62,449 bases of DNA from an uncultured Bacillota bacterium (lineage in GTDB: Bacteria > Bacillota_I > Bacilli_A > Erysipelotrichales > Erysipelotrichaceae): assembly GCA_900319675.1 (NCBI GenBank), contig ONPK01000001.1, positions 1-62,449 of the forward strand. Reading direction: 5' to 3'. This document shows, one piece after another, positions 27,822-36,497 of this stretch. The first letter of the stretch is position 1. The number at the start of each line of letters is the position of its first letter. The notes under the pieces were generated by a model. That model was not told the origin of the DNA, ran no database searches, and was given only the letters and a program-made list of their open reading frames with translations. The translations under genes and the position numbers were made by a program.

Positions 27822-27848
27822 AGCAATTTCACTGGAAATTGCTTTTTT
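27822..27848 (+). terminator. Rho-independent terminator after deoR
   Basis: 9-bp stem AGCAATTTC/GAAATTGCT followed by TTTTT. Confidence 0.75.
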
Positions 27849-27851
27849 GTA

Positions 27852-27860
27852 TGCTATAAT
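27852..27860 (+). promoter_or_regulatory. Extended -10 promoter for the transketolase operon
   Basis: TGCTATAAT directly after the terminator. Confidence 0.5.
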
Positions 27861-27920
27861 TGAATTGGATAGAAAAACTTTAACATTGAAACGCTGATTC
27901 CATTGAAAAAGGAGACAACT

Positions 27921-28775
27921 ATGCACATGGAAAATCTGAACAGATTGCGCTTACTGGCCTGTGAAATCAGAATGGAAACCATGAAGATCATTGCCTCAAA
28001 GGGCAACGGTCATGTCGGAGGTTCCCTTTCCATTGCGGATGTACTTGCGGTTCTCTATGGAGAAGTTATGAAGTATGACCCGCAGGATCCCAACTGGAAG
28101 GAAAGAGACTGGCTTGTTCTTTCAAAGGGGCATGCCGGACCGGCACTTTACGCAGCACTGGGAATTGCCGGATTTTATCCAAGAGAAGCTGCATATCATC
28201 TTAATGAAGCCGAATCAGACTTCCCATCCCACGCCGATCACAACAGAACCAGGGGAGTAGACTTTACGACCGGTTCGCTTGGTCAGGGAATGTCGGAAGC
28301 GGTTGGCGTTGCACTTGGCAACAAGATGCAGGGAATCGATTCACATGTATTCGTCATCTGCGGTGACGGTGAATGCGATGAAGGCCAGATCTGGGAAGCT
28401 GCTCAGTTTGCGGCTCATAATCATCTGGATAATCTGATCGGTTTTGTTGACAGCAATGGACGTCAGCTTGACGGAACGATCGATGAAGTAATGTCCCACG
28501 GCAAGGGAATCGGCGCAAAGTTTGATGCCTTTGGCTGGGAAGTCATTGAAGTCATTGACGGCAATGACGTTGAACAGATCCTTGAAGCAGTCAGAAAGGC
28601 TTTCACAGTAAATGGTAAGCCGACAATGATCATACTTAATACCGTCAAGGGCAAGGGCATAGACTTTGCGGAAACCAGCGGTGAACATTCATCAACGCTT
28701 AACTCTCAGCAGTGGGCTGAGGTATTGGAAGAAGCAGAAAGAAAGTATGCAGAGTTAAGGGAGGCGTTACAGTGA
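27921..28775 (+). CDS. Transketolase, N-terminal subunit
   Basis: GNGHVGGSLS, SKGHAGPALYA, GDGECDEGQIWEA. SD AAGGAG lies upstream of ATG 27921. Confidence 0.9.
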   Translation: MHMENLNRLRLLACEIRMETMKIIASKGNGHVGGSLSIADVLAVLYGEVMKYDPQDPNWKERDWLVLSKGHAGPALYAALGIAGFYPREAAYHLNEAESDFPSHADHNRTRGVDFTTGSLGQGMSEAVGVALGNKMQGIDSHVFVICGDGECDEGQIWEAAQFAAHNHLDNLIGFVDSNGRQLDGTIDEVMSHGKGIGAKFDAFGWEVIEVIDGNDVEQILEAVRKAFTVNGKPTMIILNTVKGKGIDFAETSGEHSSTLNSQQWAEVLEEAERKYAELREALQ

Positions 28776-29737
28776 TGTTCAGGTTAGCAAACAGGCACGA
28801 TGTTGACTCAAGGGCAAACCGTGATGCCTACAGCGATGCAATGCTGGAAATGATGAGAAACGATGAAAGGATCGTCCACATTGACTGCGATCTGGCATGG
28901 TGCATCAATGCGACGAGAATACAGAAGGAATTCCCGGAAAGATTCTTCAATGCCGGCATAGCCGAGGCGAACGCCGTTGGTGTAGCCTGCGGCCTTGAAG
29001 CGACGGGAATGATACCGTTTGTTCATTCATTCGGCGTATTTGCCTCAAGAAGAGTATTTGATCAGGTGTTCCTGTCCGCCGGATATTCCGAAAGGGCTAT
29101 CCACATCATCGGCTCAGATCCCGGAATCACCGCTTCATTTAACGGACCGACACACATGCCGTTGGAAGATTGCGGACTATACCTGAATGTGCCGAATGCC
29201 ATCGTCATGGATCCGTGCGACTATGCACAGACCTATGCCCTGACCAGAAGATCAGCAGCCGAAAAGAGCCTGACATACATGCGTCTGATCAGAAGAACGT
29301 TCAGAACCATATATGAAGACGGTTCAGACTTCGAGATAGGCAAGGGCGTTCTGTTAAGAGAAGGAAAGGACGTTACGATAATTGCCTCAGGAGTAATGGT
29401 CTATAACGCCATTAAGGCAGCAGAACTGCTGGAAAAGCAGGGAATAAATGCAGAAGTCATAGACATGCATACCTGGAAACCGCTGGATGAAGAACTGCTC
29501 ATAAGATCTGTTGGAAAGACCGGAGCGATCGTGACGGCGGAAAACCATGAAGTAAATACCGGGTTAGGGTCAGCCATTGCCAATGTGCTTGCCGCCAGAC
29601 ATCCTGTACCGCAGGAATTCATCGGCATTCACAACAGATACGGCATGGTTGCCTCACAGGATTACCTGGAAAGAGAATTTGAAATGACACCGGAAAACAT
29701 TGCCGAGGCTGCAATCAGAGCCATCGGCAGGAAATAA
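28775..29737 (+). CDS. Transketolase, C-terminal subunit
   Basis: NAGIAEANAVG, PTHMPLED. Its ATG overlaps the TGA of the N-terminal subunit. Confidence 0.9.
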   Translation: MFRLANRHDVDSRANRDAYSDAMLEMMRNDERIVHIDCDLAWCINATRIQKEFPERFFNAGIAEANAVGVACGLEATGMIPFVHSFGVFASRRVFDQVFLSAGYSERAIHIIGSDPGITASFNGPTHMPLEDCGLYLNVPNAIVMDPCDYAQTYALTRRSAAEKSLTYMRLIRRTFRTIYEDGSDFEIGKGVLLREGKDVTIIASGVMVYNAIKAAELLEKQGINAEVIDMHTWKPLDEELLIRSVGKTGAIVTAENHEVNTGLGSAIANVLAARHPVPQEFIGIHNRYGMVASQDYLEREFEMTPENIAEAAIRAIGRK

Positions 29738-29751
29738 AGAAGGAGAAGTTA

Positions 29752-30543
29752 ATGGAAAAGAAGTTATTTGGTTATCCTCATTTTGATGAAAACGGCGAAG
29801 AGATCCTCAGCACTTACGACAACGAATACCGTGACATGCTCATGGATGTCAGAGTTTATCACCTGAAGGAAAACGAAGTCAGAACCTTTAAGAGAGACGG
29901 CGAGGAAACTGCGATCCTGCTTCTTTCAGGCAAGATCGAATATGTCTGGGAAGGCAACAGGGAAACAGTTAGCAGAAAAGACGTATTTACGGAAGGCCCT
30001 TATGCCCTGCACGTATGCACCGGCAAGGAAGTAACCGTAAGGGCACTGGCTGAAAGTGAATTCCTGGTACAGTGCACAAAGAATGAAACCGTATTTGATT
30101 CCAAACTGTACAGACCAGAAGATGCCCCATGGGGTTATTCATGCGTTGGCAAGTTCGGTAACGTAGCCAAGAGAAGAGTAAACACGATCTTTGACAAGGA
30201 CATCGCTCCATGGTCTAACATGGTACTTGGTGAAGTTCTCAACGACAGAGGAAACTGGTCAGGTTATCTGCCACACAGACATCCACAGCCGGAACTGTAC
30301 TACTTCAAGTTCGACAGACCTGAAGGATTCGGCGCAAGCTTCGTAGGAGATGAGGTATTCAAGAGTGTTGATAACTCATTCTCAGCCATAACACCTGAAG
30401 CACTGCATCCACAGTCAGTAGCTCCGGGATTCCAGATGTATACCTGCTGGATGATCCGTCATCTCGATGGTAATCCATGGCTTCAGACAACCAGAAATGA
30501 GGATGAGAAATATCTCTGGTTACATGATGCCAAGTTTGAATAA
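29752..30543 (+). CDS. KduI/IolB-family isomerase (5-deoxy-glucuronate isomerase-like)
   Basis: About 263 aa cupin. GNWSGYLPHRHPQPELYYFKF resembles the IolB metal site. Confidence 0.65.
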   Translation: MEKKLFGYPHFDENGEEILSTYDNEYRDMLMDVRVYHLKENEVRTFKRDGEETAILLLSGKIEYVWEGNRETVSRKDVFTEGPYALHVCTGKEVTVRALAESEFLVQCTKNETVFDSKLYRPEDAPWGYSCVGKFGNVAKRRVNTIFDKDIAPWSNMVLGEVLNDRGNWSGYLPHRHPQPELYYFKFDRPEGFGASFVGDEVFKSVDNSFSAITPEALHPQSVAPGFQMYTCWMIRHLDGNPWLQTTRNEDEKYLWLHDAKFE

Positions 30544-30582
30544 TCGTGATAATATTTAATTGCGTTAGGAGGATGGTAGTTT

Positions 30583-31119
30583 ATGCCTTTAAATGATATC
30601 TTAAACACTGACATTATTGACCTTGAAGTACAGGGCACCACAAAGGATGAAGTTCTGCACAACATGGCTAACGTTCTTTTAAAAAATGGATATATTAATG
30701 ATGTAGACGTTTTTGTAAAGGACATTTATGAGAGAGAAGCTGAAGGTCCTACAGGAATGGGTTCACACCTTTCAATTCCTCACGGCAAGTCAAATTCTGT
30801 TCTGCGCAACGGCATCATGATCGGCAAGACAGTCAATCCGATCCGCTGGGAAAGCAGCATGAGTGATGACGGCTTCCAGGATACGCATCTGATCTTCCTG
30901 TTCTGTGTCAGCGCTGACAAGGAATTTGCCAGAAACCACATGATGTTATTAAGCGAACTGGCCGGCAAACTCGGTAACGACGTAAGAGTAACCAAGCTGT
31001 CTCAGGCTCAGACAAAGGAAGAAATCAAGAATCTGATACTCTGCGAAGACGATGAATTAGGAGAAGTTGACAAGGTCTTGAACGAAGAAGAGATAGTTGA
31101 CCTTGACATTGACTTCTAA
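30583..31119 (+). CDS. PTS EIIA component (fructose/mannitol type, EIIA-2)
   Basis: EREAEGPTGMGSHLSIPHGKS (phospho-His), acidic C-terminal tail. Confidence 0.85.
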   Translation: MPLNDILNTDIIDLEVQGTTKDEVLHNMANVLLKNGYINDVDVFVKDIYEREAEGPTGMGSHLSIPHGKSNSVLRNGIMIGKTVNPIRWESSMSDDGFQDTHLIFLFCVSADKEFARNHMMLLSELAGKLGNDVRVTKLSQAQTKEEIKNLILCEDDELGEVDKVLNEEEIVDLDIDF

Positions 31120-31253
31120 TCTTATCAAAAGTTACTCATTTTTAAAAATAATATTATCAATTTGATATAAATATTATAATTAGTATTGAGTCATACGAAA
31201 TGTTATATTAAAATAAGTTCAAGCTAATTCAAGATTATGAAAGGAGTTTCTAT

Positions 31254-31568
31254 ATGAAAATTGTTGCAATTACAGCTTGCACGGCAGGCATTGCTCACAC
31301 CTACATCGTAGCTGAAAAGCTGCAGAAGGCTGCAGAAGAGTTAGGCTATGACATCAAGGTTGAAACTCAGGGCTCAGCAGGCGTTGAGAACGAACTCACA
31401 GCTGAAGACATCAAGAACGCTGATGTAGTTCTGTACACTCATGACATCGCTATCCGTGGCGCTGATCGTTTCAAGGGCAAGAAAATTGTTGACGTTCCTA
31501 TTTCAGTTGCAATGAAGCAGCCAAAGAGCCTGCTCACTACGATTGAAAAGAAACTGGCAGCAAAATAA
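31254..31568 (+). CDS. PTS EIIB component (fructose type)
   Basis: MKIVAITACTAGIAHTY (phospho-Cys), 104 aa. Confidence 0.88.
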   Translation: MKIVAITACTAGIAHTYIVAEKLQKAAEELGYDIKVETQGSAGVENELTAEDIKNADVVLYTHDIAIRGADRFKGKKIVDVPISVAMKQPKSLLTTIEKKLAAK

Positions 31569-31616
31569 TCATTTATTAGTTAGGTTTTATTTAACTGGAA
31601 AGGGAAAGAATTATTT

Positions 31617-32732
31617 ATGAAATTTCAAGATTTTAGAAAGCACATTATGACCGGTATCTCATTCCTGATTCCTATGGTTGTCATGGCTGGTATCACAGGT
31701 GCTATTCAGAAGGCTTATTCTTGGAGCGGCGTTCCACTGTCAGACCCAACAATCGGTGGCTTAGCATATTCTGGTTACTCAATCGCTAAGATTTCTGACT
31801 TCATGCACATGTTAGGCGAAATGAACGGAAACGGCTTCAACTGGGCATATGCATTCTTATGTGCTGGTATCGCATTCTCAATTGCTGACAGACCTGGTAT
31901 CGTTCCTGGTTTCGCAATTGGTTACTATGCTGGTGGTCCTACAAAGACTGGTTTCGTCGGCGCTATGCTGATGGGCTTCTTAGTTGGCTACTTCGTAAAG
32001 TGGATGAAGACCTGGAAGATGCCTAAGGCTTTACAGGGCTTAATGCCAGTATTAATCATTCCTGTAATCGCTACATGCTGCGCTACATTCGTATTCTTCG
32101 GAATCCTGATGAAACCATTATCAGCAATCATGTTAGCATTCCAGAAGTGGATTCAGTCATTAGCTGCTGGTTCATTATTCGTAGTTGGTGCCGTTATCGG
32201 TGCTTGCATGGGCTTCGACATGGGTGGTCCTATCAACAAGACTGCTTCAATGGCTGCTAACGCATTATATGCAGACAACAACCAGACTGGCGGAATCGGT
32301 GAATGTGCTGAAACAGCAAAGATCATCGGCGGTATGACACCTGCAATCGGTGTTGGCTTAGCTGCTATCTTAGCTCCAAAGAAGTTCACTCGTCAGCAGA
32401 AGGATGCTGCTTATACATGTATCCCTATGGGCTTATGCTTCATCACTGAAGGCGTTCTGCCATTCGTTGCTGAAGACCCATTAAGAGTTGTTCCATCATC
32501 AATGGTAGGTTCTGCAATCGCTTCAGGCTTAGCAATGGTATGGGGTGTTGGTACTCCTGCTTCACACGGTGGTATCTTAGTTGCTCCACTGTCAAATAAG
32601 CTTGGTCTGTGGTTACTGGCTTTAGTCATCGGTTCTGTCATCACTGGTGTTCTGTACGCAGTTCTGAAGAAGACTCCATCAGAAGAAGACACAGCTGAAG
32701 AAGAAGTTGTTGAACTCGACATCGACTTATAA
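31617..32732 (+). CDS. PTS EIIC component (fructose type)
   Basis: Multi-pass membrane protein, GFDMGGPINK, FITEGVLPF. Confidence 0.88.
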   Translation: MKFQDFRKHIMTGISFLIPMVVMAGITGAIQKAYSWSGVPLSDPTIGGLAYSGYSIAKISDFMHMLGEMNGNGFNWAYAFLCAGIAFSIADRPGIVPGFAIGYYAGGPTKTGFVGAMLMGFLVGYFVKWMKTWKMPKALQGLMPVLIIPVIATCCATFVFFGILMKPLSAIMLAFQKWIQSLAAGSLFVVGAVIGACMGFDMGGPINKTASMAANALYADNNQTGGIGECAETAKIIGGMTPAIGVGLAAILAPKKFTRQQKDAAYTCIPMGLCFITEGVLPFVAEDPLRVVPSSMVGSAIASGLAMVWGVGTPASHGGILVAPLSNKLGLWLLALVIGSVITGVLYAVLKKTPSEEDTAEEEVVELDIDL

Positions 32733-32835
32733 AATACAGTCACTTATCTGAATTACTATTTGTAACAAATTAAAAGGTTATTTGATCTAAACTTGAATTA
32801 GGCTGAAACTTCATATAGAAAGAGGATGAATTGTT

Positions 32836-33720
32836 ATGTATGTAAACATGAAATATATCCTTGATAACGCTAATCGTGATGGCTATGCAGTAATGGCTGT
32901 CAACAGTGTTAACATGGAAATGGCTAGAGCAGTCATCGAAGCTGCTGAAGAAGAACATTCACCAATTATCGTTCAGTTTGGTGTTGGTCAGATGTCAAAG
33001 CTGGCTCACCCATCAGAAATGGTTCCAATGATCAAGGCAATGGCAGAAAGAGCAAGCGTTCCAGTATGTCTGAACCTCGACCACGGTCCATCTCTGGAAG
33101 CTGAAATCGATGCAATCAAATGGGGATTCTCAAATGTAATGATCGATGCTTCATCATTACCATATGAGGAAAACGTAAGACGTACACGTATGGTAGTAGA
33201 TCTGGCACATGCAAAGGGAATTTCTGTTGAAGCAGAATTAGGCCATGTTGGTCAGGCAGCTGACGGTGACGGCCGTACAGCAGATATGTATACTAATGTT
33301 GAACAGGCAGTTCAGTTCGTCAAGGAAACAGGTGTTGATGCTTTAGCAGTAGCTATCGGTACAGCACATGGTAAGTATCCTGCTGGATTCGTTCCAACAC
33401 TGGATTTCGGAAGACTTGCTGAATTAAAGGCTGCTCTGAAGATGCCGTTAGTATTACATGGCGGCTCAGGCTCAGGTGATGAAAACATCCGTAAGGCCGT
33501 AGCTGGTGGCATCAATAAGATTAACGTTTGTACAGATGCTTTCCACGCTGCTGAAACAGCAATGAAGGCTAAGTGGGAAGCTGAACCAAATACTGATTAT
33601 CTCGGCATTGAAATGGTAGCTGAAAAGGCTGTCAAGGAATTTGTCAGAAATTATATCCGCTTAATTGGTTCAAATGACCGTTATACATTTGAAGCTGCTG
33701 ACAACGGCAGTAACGAATAG
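32836..33720 (+). CDS. Class II ketose-bisphosphate aldolase (FBA/tagatose-bisphosphate aldolase family)
   Basis: YAVMAVN, LNLDHG, ELGHVGG-like ELGHVGQ, LVLHGGSG. Confidence 0.88.
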   Translation: MYVNMKYILDNANRDGYAVMAVNSVNMEMARAVIEAAEEEHSPIIVQFGVGQMSKLAHPSEMVPMIKAMAERASVPVCLNLDHGPSLEAEIDAIKWGFSNVMIDASSLPYEENVRRTRMVVDLAHAKGISVEAELGHVGQAADGDGRTADMYTNVEQAVQFVKETGVDALAVAIGTAHGKYPAGFVPTLDFGRLAELKAALKMPLVLHGGSGSGDENIRKAVAGGINKINVCTDAFHAAETAMKAKWEAEPNTDYLGIEMVAEKAVKEFVRNYIRLIGSNDRYTFEAADNGSNE

Positions 33721-33728
33721 TTAAGAAC

Positions 33729-33754
33729 AAGGGCGGAGAAATCCGCCCTTATTT
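33729..33754 (+). terminator. Intra-operon stem-loop / weak terminator
   Basis: 9-bp stem AAGGGCGGA/TCCGCCCTT with a GAAA loop and an interrupted T-run. Confidence 0.5.
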
Positions 33755-33784
33755 AGTCTCTGGAGAGAGACACAAGGAGAAAAC

Positions 33785-34441
33785 ATGAAAATTGCAATGA
33801 TTAACGAATTCTCACAGGCTGCTAAGAACGATCTCGTTGTAAGCGTACTGAAGGAAGTCGTAGAACCAATGGGACATACAGTTTACAATACCGGCATGAC
33901 AACGGCAGAAGCTCCATTACAGCTGGGCGAACCTGGCTATCTGACATACCTGAACATCGGCGTACAGGCTGCTCTGTTATTAAATTCAGGCGCAGTAGAC
34001 TTCGTAGTTACAGGCTGCGGTACAGGTCAGGGTGCTCTGATGGCATGTAACATGATGCCTGGTGTAGTATGCGGATACTGTATTGAACCATCTGATGCAT
34101 ATCTGTTCTTACAGATCAATAACGGCAATGCTCTGTCAATTCCATATGCAAAGGGATTTGGCTGGGGTGCTGATGTTAACATGAAGAACATCTTTAACAT
34201 TGCCTTCGGTTCACCAAAGGGCATGGGCTATCCAAATGAACCTGGCCGTAAGGAATCTCAGAACAGAAACGCAGCCAAGCTGGTTGAAGTTAAGGCTGCA
34301 GTCGCAAAGCCATTAGTTGAGGCATTAAGCGCTATGGATCAGGACATCGTCAAGAAGTCTCTGACTCCTAGATTCCTGGAGTGCTTCTTCGCTGGCTGCA
34401 AGGACGAAGAATTAAAGAAGTTCGTAGAGGGACTTTTATAA
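33785..34441 (+). CDS. RpiB/LacA/LacB-family sugar-phosphate isomerase (long form)
   Basis: VVTGCGTGQGALMACN, 218 aa. Confidence 0.7.
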   Translation: MKIAMINEFSQAAKNDLVVSVLKEVVEPMGHTVYNTGMTTAEAPLQLGEPGYLTYLNIGVQAALLLNSGAVDFVVTGCGTGQGALMACNMMPGVVCGYCIEPSDAYLFLQINNGNALSIPYAKGFGWGADVNMKNIFNIAFGSPKGMGYPNEPGRKESQNRNAAKLVEVKAAVAKPLVEALSAMDQDIVKKSLTPRFLECFFAGCKDEELKKFVEGLL

Positions 34442-34448
34442 TGTAAAT

Positions 34449-34476
34449 AAAACGATGTTTTCTGACATCGTTTTTT
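34449..34476 (+). terminator. Rho-independent terminator
   Basis: Stem AAACGATGT/ACATCGTTT followed by TTTTTT. Confidence 0.7.
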
Positions 34477-34493
34477 GAAGAGGAGAGAAAATT

Positions 34494-35555
34494 ATGAACA
34501 GTTATTATCTGCCATGTTATACGATTGGAACAGACGCATTTGAAAACTTCGAAAGCGTAATGTCATTTTACGGCCGTAAGGTAGCGCTGCTGTATGGTGA
34601 AAAGGCCTTTAAGGCTTCTAAGGACAAGGTACTGCCTGCACTGAAGAACTTTGACATCATCTATCAGACGGTCTACGGCAAGGAAGCTTCATATGCCAAC
34701 ATTGACAGACTGGCCGCAGTTGAACAGATCAGCAGGGCTGACCTGATCCTGGCTGTTGGCGGTGGCAAGTGTCTGGACGTTGCCAAGGTAGTCGGCGATA
34801 AGCTCGGCAAGCCGGTATTCACCGTTGCCAGTATTGCCTCTACATGTGCTGCAGTTACCAGGATAGCCGTATTGCATAACGATGACGGTTCATTCAGGGA
34901 GGTTTACAGACTAACAAATCCTCCTGTACACTGTTTCATTGATCCGGAGATCATAGTCAACGCCCCGGCCAGATACTTCTGGGCAGGCATGGGTGACACG
35001 ATGGCCAAACACGTTGAATGTGTTTTCTCTTCAAAAAATGATGTCCTGGATTTTGAAAGTGCTCTGGGAAGAACCATCTCAGTACTGTGCTATGATCCTA
35101 TTCTGGAAAAGGGCGAGAAGGCCTATGATGACGTAAAGAATCACGTCGTATCCGGTGAGGTTGAGGATGTCATCAAGTCAATAATCATCGCTACCGGTGC
35201 GGTTTCACTGAGCGTCAATCCTGACTATAACTCAGCACTGGCTCATGCCCTGTACTATGGTCTGACGGTAAGAGAGTGGATGGAACAGAAGCACCTGCAC
35301 GGTGAGATCGTTTCCTACGGCACCCTGGCACAGCTGTTGATCGACGGACAGATGGAGGAACTCAGAAAGGTCTATGACTTCAATAAGGCCGTTAAGCTGC
35401 CTGTATGCCTGAAGGATCTTGACCTGGACAGAGATGATCCGATGGATGACATTCTGGATGCCACCATCATCAATCCGGAACTTAACCACATTCCATATCC
35501 GATAACCAAGGAAATGGTCAGAGAGACCATTCTGAAGCTGGAAGATTATAAATAA
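34494..35555 (+). CDS. Glycerol dehydrogenase-like iron-type alcohol dehydrogenase
   Basis: AVGGGKCLDVAKVV, GMGDTMAKH, HGEIVSYG. Confidence 0.8.
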   Translation: MNSYYLPCYTIGTDAFENFESVMSFYGRKVALLYGEKAFKASKDKVLPALKNFDIIYQTVYGKEASYANIDRLAAVEQISRADLILAVGGGKCLDVAKVVGDKLGKPVFTVASIASTCAAVTRIAVLHNDDGSFREVYRLTNPPVHCFIDPEIIVNAPARYFWAGMGDTMAKHVECVFSSKNDVLDFESALGRTISVLCYDPILEKGEKAYDDVKNHVVSGEVEDVIKSIIIATGAVSLSVNPDYNSALAHALYYGLTVREWMEQKHLHGEIVSYGTLAQLLIDGQMEELRKVYDFNKAVKLPVCLKDLDLDRDDPMDDILDATIINPELNHIPYPITKEMVRETILKLEDYK

Positions 35556-35574
35556 AAAAGAAGCTTGCGCTTCT
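35553..35574 (-). terminator. Terminator for the small minus-strand membrane gene
   Basis: Stem AGAAGC/GCTTCT with a GCAA loop (minus strand) followed by TTTTTTATTT. Confidence 0.6.
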
Positions 35575-35797
35575 ACAGATTTTTGGTAGGGATGAGAGCC
35601 AGGGCAATGGATATGCCAAGAATAATCATGGCTGCCTTGCGCAGTGCCTTTTCCTTGTCGTTGTAATCCAGGGGAGTGCCCGGAGATTTCTGCTGTCTCG
35701 TTGAGAAGGAAACCCGGACATAGCCAATCATGAAGATACCTGCGAAGGTACCGATGTACATCAGGATGTCCCTGATCAGAATAAGTGTTTTAACCAT
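35573..35797 (-). CDS. Small two-TM membrane protein (74 aa)
   Basis: Two hydrophobic helices flanking a basic loop. Own terminator. TATAAT lies 6 nt upstream of the ATG. Confidence 0.5.
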   Translation of the reverse strand: MVKTLILIRDILMYIGTFAGIFMIGYVRVSFSTRQQKSPGTPLDYNDKEKALRKAAMIILGISIALALIPTKNL

Positions 35798-35846
35798 ATC
35801 AGTATTATATTACAGAGATGGATATTTGGAAAGGATATAAAAGCAT

Positions 35847-36497
35847 ATGAAAGTAGTATTAATTCATACCAGCCCGGTTTCCCTGAACGATCTGAAGGCC
35901 TTATTCAAGGAGATCATTCCGGAAGTCGAAATGGTAAATATCATTGACGATTCCCTGCTTGAGGAAGTAAAGAAGAACGGCCAGATCAATCCAGCCATCA
36001 TCAGCAGGATGTGTGCATATGTTCAGGTTGCCAAGACACTGCAGCCTGACCTGATCTTCAACCAGTGCTCTTCCGTCGGTGAAGCCTTTGACATTGCCAG
36101 GAAGCAGGCTGACTGCAAGACTCTGAAGATTGATGAGGCCATGGCTGAAAAGGCCGTTGAACTCGGAACAAGGATCGGTGTGGTAGCCACGGTAGCTTCC
36201 ACGGTAAAACCCAGCTGCAATCTTGTCAGAACCAAGGCTAAGGAAGCCGGCAAGGATGTATGCGTAACTGAATATCTGGTAGACGGTGCTCTGGACATCT
36301 TAATGAGCGGCGATGTTGACAAGCATAACGAACTGGTCATCAAGGCCATCCGCAAGGCTGAAGCCGAAAACGACGTAGTCGTACTGGCTCAGGGTTCAAT
36401 GACTGCCATTCTGCCATTATTAGGCAAAACGGAAAAGCCTGTTCTGACTTCACCAAGACTCGCCGTTGAAAGAGTCAGAAAGGAATTAGGCCTTTAA
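35847..36497 (+). CDS. Asp/Glu/hydantoin racemase-superfamily protein
   Basis: 216 aa, two-lobed pattern with NQCSSVG and VLAQGSM in place of the paired Cys motifs. Confidence 0.65.
   Translation: MKVVLIHTSPVSLNDLKALFKEIIPEVEMVNIIDDSLLEEVKKNGQINPAIISRMCAYVQVAKTLQPDLIFNQCSSVGEAFDIARKQADCKTLKIDEAMAEKAVELGTRIGVVATVASTVKPSCNLVRTKAKEAGKDVCVTEYLVDGALDILMSGDVDKHNELVIKAIRKAEAENDVVVLAQGSMTAILPLLGKTEKPVLTSPRLAVERVRKELGL

Noticed and set aside
27887-27900. Possible CcpA cre site TGAAACGCTGATTC in the transketolase operon leader
   Set aside because: The central CG is shifted by one position relative to the TGWAANCGNTNWCA consensus, so it does not align without a gap.
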